Assembly: GCA_907165135.1 (NCBI GenBank)
Contig: OU015569.1
Span: 4,216,001-4,280,000, forward strand
Origin: Oikopleura dioica
Lineage: Eukaryota; Animalia; Chordata
Reading direction: 5' to 3'
Length of the DNA stretch: 64,000 bases
Every line of letters begins with the position of its first letter. Position 1 is the first letter of the stretch. Below the pieces are notes generated by a model. It made no database searches. It was given only the letters and a program-made list of their open reading frames with translations, and had not been told where the DNA came from. Both the position numbers and the translations under genes were made by a program. This document shows, one piece after another, positions 37,434-49,468 of the stretch.

Positions 37434-37967
37434 GTAGCCAGGGATATTTTTATTTGCAAAATTAACATTTAGCAGCAAGTATACTATCAACAGAACATCT
37501 TCATCCAACGTCGGTCCGGGTCGAGAAAACCAGTTGTGTCAAAAGTTTCAAACCCTTAGAAATTTGTGCATTTCAGTCATTTCATAATAATTCTCACTTT
37601 TCATCTGTTCTTTTTAGGGGAACAATTAATAAAGATTTAGCGGGTCTACTACGGCATAATTTCAATATCATAAATAGGGTAATAGACAGTAATATTAGGT
37701 AATTCAAATATCATTTTGAATCCTATGCAGAAATGGAAGAATCGACCTTGCGCCGGAACGTTCGATGTCTATAATTTTCTTCGAAGATTGAATATTCACG
37801 TCTGTGAGATGGGAGTGACCTTATCCCAATCTGCCGCTTCCAGCGCAATAACGGAATCGGAAATTCCGTATGCCCTTTGCTTAAATATTATATATATCGG
37901 GTACCCCTAGGAATCTTGTCACAAACCATTTTTTTTTTACTTTTTGAGGCCAACCAAGACTCACTCC

Positions 37968-40900
37968 ATGTGGCTTGGGTTGTTCTTTGGCCTTCTGGCC
38001 AAAGGGGATGTCATAGAGATGTCCGGCGATCAGGCTTTTCAGTGCCATGTTTGCACGGCAGCAGAAGACCACTTGGGTAATCCAATTGGTCAAAATAATA
38101 TTTTTTGTGGTGAATCGTTCGTCGATAATCTTTACCTGACTGACTGCGCAGAAGATCAGGATGTCTGTGTTACAGATGTTCGAATCGATTGGATCAAGCA
38201 AGGAACACAAATCATTACAACAGTACGAAGATGCGGTAAATCCGAAGACGACCTACAAAAAAATGGTAAGATACTTTTGATTTTTATCAATATATGTTTT
38301 ATCTTTAGGGCAGTGCTTTGGAAATTATCAGCTATTTCCTCATCCATTCAACCTTTTCAAGGATTGTTTGAGTGTATGTAGCGACTCTGGCTGCAACAAC
38401 GCAGATTCATACGAATCCGCTCTTGATGCTCATGCTGAAGATATTGGAGCCAGTGAGGAAATCGAGTGCCACGCTTGTCAACTGAGCGAAATCAACGGTG
38501 AAATCAGCGGCAATCTAGGCTGCCGAGATGGAGAAAGCACTGTTCCCGTCAAAAAATGCCCTCGTCACTTGGGAAATAGCTGCTTCACCGCAGCTGAGTG
38601 GGTAAGCGAGGTACAAGGAAACTTCGTCATAGAGTCAGAAGAGGACCATCGAGGTTGTTCCGCATTCGACTTCGAAAACCCGAATCAAGAATGCATCTAC
38701 TCATTGTCTGCTACTGGGGAATATTCTGACTGTAAGAAGACATGTGAAGAAAGCAAATGTAATACTGGTCCTCTTGAAAAGAGAATTTCATGCATTACAT
38801 GCACTGGAACCCGACTTTTTAATGGCGAAGGAACCGGTGTCGGAGACAACAATTGCTTCGAATTAGTTGGTGGTAATCTCAACATTCAAGAATGTGAATC
38901 AAACAGCCATGTTTGCGAAACAGAGCTTGAAGTCGACTGGCTCACCACTGGAGTTCAGCAGCAAACTATCCGAAGAGGTTGTACTCTTCCTAATCCTGAT
39001 CAGACAGAGCCCGAATTCTGCGAAAAAGGAGAAACTGAAAATCGAGACTTCATGTACCGAGACTGTCATTCACGATGCGATGGTCCTCAGTGCAATGTTG
39101 GGATGGATCATGTCCAAGCTCTCCACCAAAAGGTACTCGAGGAGGAAGGAGCGCCAAAGCTGTCATCTTGCCAAGTCTGCAAATTCATTCAACGTAATGA
39201 TGGAACAGTTGAGGGAGATACAAACTGCCTTGACACACCAAACAAACCAGACGAGTGTCCGATTCATGCGAACGCTGGCTGCTTTACAACTTCCTCAATC
39301 CACTTTTACGATGGTGCCGCGCGGGAAGAAGTTTATAGAGGTTGTTCGGCATTCCACGTTCCAGCGCAAGACTCAGAATGGTGTAATCCTTCTGAACTTG
39401 GTAATACACGATACAACGTCTGCAAAAAACAGTGTACAACAACTAACTGCAACAACGAAGAGCACGAACAACCAGAACTACCAATTGATGGTCTCTGGTC
39501 AGCATGTGAAGTTTGCGACCAAACTGTTGACCAATTCAATGTTACTATTGGTCTCGGCAACGATGGATGTTTTGATGGTTCGAAAAGTTATTTAAAACTT
39601 TGTGAAAACCCCAATGATCACTGCGTCACCGATCTCCAGGCTGACTGGTGGGCCCGAGGACACCACACCTACAGCATCCGACGTTACTGTGGAACTGATG
39701 CCAATACAGATAAATGCACGGAAGGCTCAACAGCCACAATCAGTTTCAAAGATTGCAAGACTTCCTGTGACCCTCGCAATTTCAATGAGCTCAGCGGATG
39801 CAACGCTGGACTTGAAAAAGTATCAGCACTTTTCGCCCCTGAAGATGGAAAGGGAGTTGACAGTTGCTACACCTGCCAGTATTACGAAAACAATGACGGT
39901 ACTGTGATTGGTGATAAAGACTGCGGATCTCAAGTTCAGACTATGGGTTGAAAATTTTTTCAAATTTTATAAAAAATAAAATCTAAATATTGAAACATTT
40001 TCATCCATGGACAGGCAGGCTCGGTTCCTTCTTACCGATGCCCAGCGTATGCAAGAACCTCGTGCTACCATGCGTCGAGTACTCATGTTGACTACTTTGA
40101 CAACAACAATGAGTTCACTGACGAGTTCAGAGGATGTTCTCCATTCATAGAGACCCGTGCTGACTATTGCTATGAATCAAATATAAACAATCTTCTTCAT
40201 CGTAACTGCCGAGAAACTTGCAATGACAACAACAATTGTAATCGGTAACTTAACTTTATCTCATACTAATACTAACGAATTTCAAGGGATGAAATTATTC
40301 TCCGAGATCGATGCTACACTTGCTCTGGGACTAAAAATAGCCTTGGTGAAGCTCTTGGAGTCACTGATTTGAATTGCTTTGACAACGTTCAGCCATCTAT
40401 GCTCCAACAGTGCGGTAACGGCGAAGTCTGTGCTGATGAGATGCTTGTTGACTGGATGCCTCGAGGAGAGCAAGTTGTCCAGATCAAGAGAGGATGCGTT
40501 TCCAGCGTTTCCTCACAGTGTACAGAAGGCGGTAGCTCTTTGATTAAATTCAAGGATTGCTACTTGCAAGTTTACGGCGATGCTAAGAATGACAATCTAG
40601 ATGTCGGTCAGAAATTCATTGATCCATCTCACCAGCAAGACAGTTGTCACAACTGCAGATATGTCGAAGAAGACGACGGAGACGTAAGCGGAAACCAGAT
40701 ATGCCAAGAAGACCTTGCATCAAGTGATCAGTTCAAAGAAAAGTGTCCTGATTATGCGAGTCTGGGTTGCCAGGCCTCAGCGGCGGTCCATAATTATGAA
40801 GGTGTCGAAAAATTTGAAGTTTATAAATCTTGCTCTTCATTCTTCATCGGTGGCACAAACCAGGAGATCTACAATCAGTCCATGTCTAGCTCCGGCCAGC

Positions 40901-43900
40901 AAGTAGATTATTCAATCACGAAGACCACTTGCCGAGGTCCAAACTGCAACAATAAGCATCTAACACCACCCCCTGTTGGCGAGCCGATTCCTAAAGGACC
41001 ACAGTGCTTGGTCTGTACAGAAACCGTTGACCAAAACAATGCGACAGTGGGCACTGGCTCTTCGGGATGCTTTAGTGGACACATGAAGTTTGTGCAAGAG
41101 TGTGCTATCGGAGATATTTGCAGCGCCCATATGGAAATTGATTGGTTCGCCAAAGGAAATATGCAATACAGAATCTATCGGAATTGTGCATCAAATCCTG
41201 TCCCCGACACTTGCTACTCGGGTGGATCGAGTCTTATTCAGTATAAGGACTGTTATTCAAGCTGCGATCCAATGGTTGATGGACCAGGATGCAACAATGA
41301 CCTCGAAGAAATCGCGAACAAATTTACTGCTGGAGAAAACAGAGTAGACGAATGTTTCAAATGTGAATGGGAAGTCAAGCAAGATGGCACTGTCGTGGGT
41401 AATCCAGAGTGCGGCAAAAATGTTGCTGTTGGGAACTATCCGAAGGTTTCTTGCCCGCGGTATGCTGATACAGCTTGCTACTGGGCTGCAAGTTTTCACA
41501 GAGATTATAATGACGGAATAACAGAAGTAGAAGAAGATCATCGAGGTTGCTCTGCTTTCGAGCTTACAAGACAAAACCAGTGTGAGCGAAGAGAAATATC
41601 TGGTTTAGATCATCTTAACTGCAAAGAAACATGCACTGATAATGGCTGCAACTCTGAACAAGTCGTTCGTCATTTACAATGCCATACTTGCCAAGCCACT
41701 AAGAACGCTCAGGGACTCTTCGTCGGTGTCTCTGATATCAATTGCTTTGACTACCCGCAACTAACAGAGGTCCAAGAATGCAACTTCGAAACTGAATTTT
41801 GCCAAACCGAAATGATTACTGACTGGTACGGACGCGGCCAACAAGAAGTAACAATCCGAAGAAGTTGTGCTTCCAAAGCTGCCGGTGACTGTCAACAAGG
41901 ATCAACAGAACGAATCATGTACAAAGACTGCTTCCATACTTGTGAAGATATGCTTTGCAATACTGGTCTTGAAGTAGCGGATCTCTTTGATGATGGCATT
42001 GGCCAGGAAAACTGTGTTACTTGCTTCTACGCAGAAGAAGATGATGGAGATGTCAATGGAAACACAAACTGCGTTAAAGTTCCTGATGCAAGTGCACTTA
42101 CTGGAAAATGTCCAAAGTGGGCACAAAACGGATGCTTTACTGGAGCTGCAAAACACAGCGTCAGCACTGGTCCTGATGGTGAGCGAGAAGAAGTCTACAG
42201 AGGTTGTTCAACCTTCGCTCTCCAGGCACCTATCTTTGATAATGCTACACTTGTTGGCGGAACTGAGTACGTTATTTCAAAAGAAACTTGTGTTGGTGAA
42301 GATTGTAACGAAAAACCTGTTGATATTGGATCACCGCCCGTGAGCTTCACTTGCTTCGTTTGTACTGCTACTCAGGACCACACTGGAATGCTTTTGGGAA
42401 CTGCTGATCCAACTTGCTTCTTTAATCCAGGACCCCATCTGGCTTACACATGTCCGAACGAGGATGATGTCTGTATTGCAGAGATGATCGTCGACTGGAC
42501 TCGAAGAGGCGCACAAACGGCAACGATCCAGCGTCGATGTGGGCAGCCTATCATTAATCCCGGAGGTCAAGAATGTATTGAACAACGAAATCAGCAAAAC
42601 TTTGCTAAAGATTGCGGTTTCTACACGCCTGAAAAGAATGGCAACGGCCTCAGTGCTACTGCTCACTTGTGGGGACTCTTCAGCACTCTTCCCGAAGGAA
42701 ATACGACTTCTTGTCACACATGCAAGTTTGGAAAGGATCGCTTTGGAAACTTCCTTCCAGGTTCCAATGAAAATTGCCAAAAGCTTGATCCTGATGACCA
42801 TAATTTCGAAATGGAGTGTCCTCAATGGGCTGATGCTGCTTGTTTTACTGCTGCCACATGGCATACAGAAGCTGGTATCGAAGTTGAAGAAGATTACAAA
42901 GGATGCTCCTCATTCGCTCTTACTCAAGAGGAAATGTATTGCAGTGTTGTGGACATCGAAGGTGAGCCGCATAACAGTTGCAAAGAAACTTGCCAATACG
43001 AGAACTGCAACCAGTACACTCCACAGAAAAAGAAGTCCTGCTTTTCTTGCACCGCCACAGTTGATTCAAATAATGCGACCGTCGGAATTGGAAGCCCAAG
43101 CTGCTGGTCTGAATTCCCTGACGGAAATCTCTTGGAAACCTGCGATGTTGATGAAGCCTACTGTATCGTCGATGTTGAATCAGATTGGTCTATTCATGGC
43201 AAACAAACGTACACTGTAAAACGTGGTTGTTCCAAGACACCAGCTATGAAAACCTGCGCACAAGGTCAGTCCGGTCAATTTTACTGGAAGGACTGTGCGG
43301 ATTCTTGCGAATATGATGGATGCAATAGCTACCTTGCTGGAGCAACCGATAAGTTCGCAGAAGGAATGAACGCAACTGTCGCATCTTGTTACACTTGCGA
43401 TTACCTCGAAAACGATGATGGAACCGTTGATGGCAACGTAAATTGTGGAGACAATCCAGGTCTGATTGAAATAAACGGCGGTGAAAGTGTAAAAACCATG
43501 TGTCCACCATACGCTCAGCTTGCCTGCTACACTGGTACTGCTTTCCACTATGATAAAGACGGCGTTGGCCACGAAGAGGTCTACAAAGGATGCTCTACCT
43601 TTGATTTACACGAGACTGACCCTGTTTGTGATACTATTCTCGAGAACGTCGATGAAGATGGAAACGAAGATGTCTTTGGTGTTTGCAAGCAAACATGCAC
43701 TGATGATAACTGTAACGAAGGCCACCAACGCCCATGCGTTCCGGGAGCAGGCTCAGATTGTGGAGTTCTCTCTTGCTACACTTGTGAAGGAACCTACGAT
43801 CATATGAACAACACCGTTGGATTCAGTTCACCTAATTGTCTTGCCTTCCCATCATACAATGATTTCCAAAGTTGTGCTCCTGGCCAGAACTATTGTATCG

Positions 43901-45436
43901 TTGACATCCAGATTGACTGGTATATCACTGGCGAGCAAACCACTCGAGTTCGACGAGGTTGTTCATCCTACCCGATGAGTGAAACGTGCCGTTCTTCTGG
44001 AAATCCGACCAGCCAGGCCCAATTCAAAGACTGCGGTGTTTCATGTGAAGAGGCTGGTTGTAACCGAGACCTCGATGATGCAGCTCGAATGTTCATTGAA
44101 AAAGATGAAGAAAGGCAAGACAAGTGTTACGCCTGCCAATACATTGAAAACGATGATGGAGATGTTCAAGGCAATAAATATTGTGCGGACGAGCCAGATC
44201 TGATCGATGTATCAGTTGATTGCCCAATGTATGCTCAAAAAGCTTGTTTTACGGGTACAAACGTTCATTACAACAATGATGGAGTCGTAAAAGAAGCTGT
44301 TTACAAGGGATGTTCAACATTCGAAATGGAGGCACCAGATATCGTTTGCAACAACAACTTCTTTGAAATGGAGAGCCAAGGGCAACTTCAAACTTATGGC
44401 GTCTGCAAACAATCATGCAACGGCGACAATTGTAACAAATTCCATGAAAGACCTTGCTTGCCCGGGGCTGGAGATGACTGTGGAATCATCAATTGCTACA
44501 CTTGTGAAGTCACCGTCGACTCTAACAATCAGACAGTTGGATTCGGTAACCCTTCCTGCTTCGGAGACTATCAAGACATCAACGATCTGAAAATGTGCCC
44601 CTCGGGAACAACTCACTGCGCCGTTGATATCGAAGTCGACTGGTTCCAAAATGGTGAACAACAGACACGAATCCGCAGAGGCTGTGCTCCTCCAGAGGAA
44701 GAGACTCCAATGTACGAAGAATGCCGCGACGCAGTTTCACAGAACCAATTGTTTATGTACAAAGATTGTACTGGCTACTGTAACATGACTGCTTGCAACA
44801 GTGATACTTCTCTTGCCGCTGAGAAATTCATGACTGGAATCGCTTACGTAAGAAACAACCTGAATAACAGCCATGTTAGATACTTTTTTAGACTCAAGAA
44901 AGCTGCTTCACCTGCAAGTATGGAGAGAAAGATGACGGAACTGTTTTTGGTAACCAGTTTTGCGCTGATGAGCCGGACAAACTCGAATATGCCTCACAAA
45001 AATGCGCCTTATACAATAATCTTGGCTGCTACACCGGAACTAACGCACATTACGTAAATATTCATCGACAGCGACGCGAAATAATAAAAAATTTTAAGAC
45101 TACCGAAGGTGTGAGTGTCGAAGAAGTTTACAAAGGATGCTCTGCATTCGAGATTCCTATGAATGACGACTTTGGACTTTGTGGAATCATCTACAGGGAC
45201 GAGAATCCGGACAGCAACGATTACGAAGTTGGTGCTTGCAAACAGTTCTGCAATGATGGTCCTGATTGCAACAAGGTGATTCCTAAACTTAGAGAATAAG
45301 GCCTTATATTCATTAATAGGGTCATGTGCGACCATGCATCCACGAAGAGGGCAACGACTGTCCCCAAGGCGGCGACTCAAGTGCGGTTGCGATCACTTCC
45401 TCACTCATCGCTCTCATCATTTCCATGATTTTATAA
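37968..45436 (+). CDS. Giant secreted, probably GPI-anchored protein of 20 tandem Ly6/uPAR-like Cys domains (candidate oikosin-type matrix protein)
   Basis: Signal peptide MWLGLFFGLLAKG; ORFs of 527 and 1562 aa; recurring CxxC...C...CN units; C-terminus GGDSSAVAITSSLIALIISMIL*; 6 short GT-AG introns. Confidence 0.9.
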
Positions 45437-46437
45437 TCCACTGAAAATTTTATATTATTTATTACTTCAAGCTTTTTGGAATGTTTTGCAAAAAGTCCTC
45501 GATGTGTGAAGCAAAGACGAAGCGGTTTCATTTTTCTGTTTTCGAGCTGATAGTCGAGCTTTCAATAAAAAAAGTTCCAATTATTATGAATTTATTTTTT
45601 CATTTGCAGGACAAAATTATATCTTTTTCTTTGAGTTTAGGAAAGTAAAATTCAAAATTTTATTGATCAGTGAATAAAAAAATACCTTTTTACAAAATGA
45701 TGAATAAAAGACACCAAAGAACATATCCTCGTCGAGAACAACTTCGCTATTGATCTGGTGAAATAGAAAATAAGCCTGAGCAAACTTGTTGAAAATTGGA
45801 GCATTTTGATCATAAGATGAAAGTCTTGTTTAGCAACACAGCTTTTGAAATGGGGCAAGAGTAGCCAGAAGCGTGTGTTTCGATTTTACAGAGGCCAGCA
45901 TCATGTTAACCTACTTCCGAAGTTGGGCCCAAATTAATTACTCGAGCCATTTAAACTCGAGTAGAGCGCGTTCTGTGCTCACACATACGCCTGTATATTA
46001 GAGAGAGAGAGATAGAGCTCAAGAGATTTTTTCAAGTAGCCGAAAGCCAGGCACTATGCTCGAGGGCGGTAGACTGTGAGTAACGATAAGTCAGATGTTG
46101 ACGTGAGCCATTTCAAGCGCTATTTTTAGGTGCATGGGTGGCCATGGCCCACGTTGTCTTTCGCTGCTCCTCCGTGCGTTGTGTTCCTGCAAGTAGGTGA
46201 CGATTGTTTGTGCAGACCAAAGCTTTGTTTACTTTTTGCGAATCGAGATTGCAATAGTTTGCGAACTAAGAGATTTATCAAATACGTGATGATGAAAATG
46301 TAGCCGTATATATACGAACGGAGCTGTCTTAAATCAAAGAAAGAAATTGAATACACTTTGAATGTCGACGGCAGTTTATTTCCAGCGAAACGCTTATTCG
46401 GAGATGTAGGGTGGATCAGTGCCGTGTTGAAGCGGAT

Positions 46438-48031
46438 CTACTCGACCTCCCTGAATTCGCTGCCGCTCGGAAGAATCCACGTTTCCCTCAGTACAATGAA
46501 CGCCAGATATAAAGACACTTAATTATGTTTGAGAGAAAAGAAAATCAGAGCTAATTTAACCAAGAGCAATAGCGATCACGCAAGCAGCAGCGAGAGAAAA
46601 CAAATTAGCCACAGAGGGAATCTCAGCAGGGCTTTGCAACATTCCTATGCCCGCACACGTGATTTTACAATTTCAGTATCTTAATACGTATGCCCCTAAC
46701 GGCAAAAATTGAAAGACCTAAACTTTTCTTTGCACGTGAGTGGAATCGACCATTCGCCGTTTTCTTCGCAAGAACTGTTGAATTCCGTCCCGTAGCAGTT
46801 AAAGTATACGACTGTCAAGGGTGCCACAACTTGCCCAGTAAAGCGTTCAAAACATCCAACTGTTATTGAACAATCTTTTGATAAGATCAACTCTATCATT
46901 ATAAATTATTTCGAATAATTCGAGTTTTTCTTAACATTTCTTCGCCAGAAGCACCAGGTTCACAACTGCACCTGTAAAATGGAGACTCGTTTGTTTGTTG
47001 ACAAGTCCCTTTGTTCGAGCATAAATTGGGGCTGCATTCGATTCTTTCGACTGTATTTTCGCAGAGTTCTCCAGAGAAAAATTCCCGGCAAACACATTGA
47101 AAGCTACCGTCTAGATCCCTAAATAAACAGTTGCGAAAAAGCATTGTTAGAACATCTTACAAGCAAGTTCCGCCGTTTCGGCACGGATCGGATGCGCATT
47201 CGTTGACGTTCTCCTGGCAGCGCGTGCCTCTGTATCCGGACTCGCACACACACTCGAAGCCGCCAAAACTATTTATACAAACACCATTGATTCCGCAAGG
47301 TTGTCCATTGGCACATTCGTCGAAGTCACTCTCGCAGAACTGGCCGATAAAATTGGGTGGACAGTTGCAAAGCCCCCTTTCGCATGTGCCCGCGTTGCAG
47401 TTCACTCCCTCGCAGGGATCTGGTGGAATAATTTCGTACAGAATCTCGAAGCCTGACTAACGATTTTTTTAAATTTCCCTTTCGCTTTCACACTCACTTG
47501 ACCAATGCCAGAATCTGTTCGGAAGTGAATCTCTACCGGTCCATTGAATACAGATCGGCTACCAGGAAGATCTTAGAATAGCTCATACGCTGAATGTGAT
47601 CTACAAAAAAATTACCTGCGCCATCGCCACAATATTTATCACCAACGGAGCCAGCAATCGTCAACTGAAGCCAGTCCCAGTCGCAGCTTGGTGCCTGCTC
47701 AATTGCAAAACTATCAGAAAACTCTTTTTCTTGCGATTTCTAATTGTAAATAATAAATAATTGTCTTGGTTAAAAAATAAATCCAGCCCTAATACAATTG
47801 TATCAAGCTCTATATCAGGCTAGTTGTGCGAACTTGAATGTTTTTCTTATTTCGTGAGCCTTTTCCTTGTCCAAGGAGCCACCTACAGTCCAGATTGTCG
47901 GCGTAAATACTCGGATTAGCCGAGCTTGGTGGTGATCTAATCAACCCGTTTCCATCAGGCACAAGACCTCCGCAACTCTCTTGTGAGCTACTACATTTAC
48001 AAAATACGAAAATTTTAATCAGACTTCTCAT
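46438..48031 (-). CDS. CUB + EGF/Ca-EGF (+ sushi-like) extracellular protein, probably membrane-anchored
   Basis: Signal-like MRSLIKIFVFC; CUB CGG..LIRSP..YADNLDCRWLL..CDWDWLQL..KYCG; EGFs DFDECANGQPC.., NVNECASDPCRNGGTC; hydrophobic segment near 46470-46640; last exons uncertain. Confidence 0.8.
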
Positions 48032-48521
48032 GCCACTCTCTCAGTGATTTTTAACGACTAATGAATTTCGGAACAGGATTTGAGAATACGCGGGAAACAA
48101 GGGCTTTTGACACGGCTTAATCTGAACAATGGCAGGATAGGTTCTCGGGGAATTAATCACTTCCATAATTAACTCTTTCACAAAGTGCGCCGAAAAATCT
48201 CTAGAAGAATTCGGTTTCAAAGTTTTGTTGAACATTGAAAACGATAAGCGCAGGAGTTCCGAGAAAAAAATGAGTCGACCTGCATCTGATGGTGCTAGCT
48301 GCGACTCATCATGGATTGGGATAAATTAATTTCTAAACATTTTTTTAAATGAATTTACTTTTAAAACAATCAAAATTTAACGTGTGCAAAATTATCTCAC
48401 GCAGTATTTTCCAAGGAAGGAGAGTTGGATAAATAATAAAATATGGTATAGAGTATACATTTGTATAAAATCTGTCGAATTATTTCAAACTCGAACTAAG
48501 AGGAACTCAATCCAAGATTTG

Positions 48522-49343
48522 ATGGGAACGAAATCAGCCGCATCGATAACAACTCTGAGAAAATCATTAAGAAAGGATTTCGAGTTTGATAATTCTGTCC
48601 GAAATCATCTCTGAAATCACCTCAACAGTGGAATCAATCTTGCTAAAGAAAAGGAAAAGCAGGATGAAGTGGATATCGTGAATTCATACGAAAGCTTTAT
48701 GAAAAAGCACCTCAGTCATTTCGGATACTACAGTACCTCGAGTAAAAGTTCAAGTGAGTGAGTTAAAGCTATTGTGCTGAATTAAATTTCAACCATCTCA
48801 GTCTCATCTTGTTTGAGCAGTTTCTCAAGAGCCGCGCTTGAAACTTCGCTAGCAAGGAAAACTTATTAAAATTTTCGTAGCTCGGCGCATGTTCTACGAC
48901 TGCGAGTACGACCCAAGACTTGGGGCGAACGAGACAGAGGACTTTACTCATCGAGGGAACGAGGAGGATTTCGGACTGAGCAAGCTCGAAGCGTCGAATT
49001 ACCAAGACATCGCCTCATGTAAGTCTTTTGAAAGGCTACTCTCCCGCTCTTCCAATATTTTGCGCTCATTTCAAAAGCAGATTATCCATCTTTTGTAGTA
49101 ATAAGTGGATGCGTGTTTGGCATTGTGAATATTTGCGCAGTAGAGATTCTACCATCATCACTAGCCAGTGCTGTTCGGTGTGGTCAAATTCGATATAGTT
49201 ATTATTTGGGCTCTGGATCCAAGCTCGCACAGAAAGCTCACACAATTGCCTCTGCGCACAATGAACTTTACCGACTTGAGAGTCTAAGGTTCCAAGTCCT
49301 AAATTTTTCCGAAAAAAAAAAGAAACAAAATGGCATAAATTGA
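48522..49343 (+). CDS. Possible small orphan gene upstream of AGBL, with an in-frame TGA at 48612
   Basis: Coding-like exons ..EKEKQDEVDIVNSYESFMKK.., RMFYDCEYDPRLG..DIAS/, LEILPSSLASAVRCG..; chain uncertain. Confidence 0.3.
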
Positions 49344-49468
49344 GTGTGGCGCTAGCGCACTTTCAGTTTTTTATAGCGCCCTTTGATTATAAAAACTAAA
49401 CAGTAGTGAAAGAAAACACTGTCATTTGCAATATTTGAAAGAGAGAGAAAGAAAAAACTCGAGGGCTA

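Noticed and set aside
36964-37508. Short ORFs rich in PT/RP/GR
   Set aside because: Translations of the MITE GTCGG repeats
45998-46013. Short (GA)n tracts (also ~49438)
   Set aside because: Too short to interpret; ordinary microsatellite
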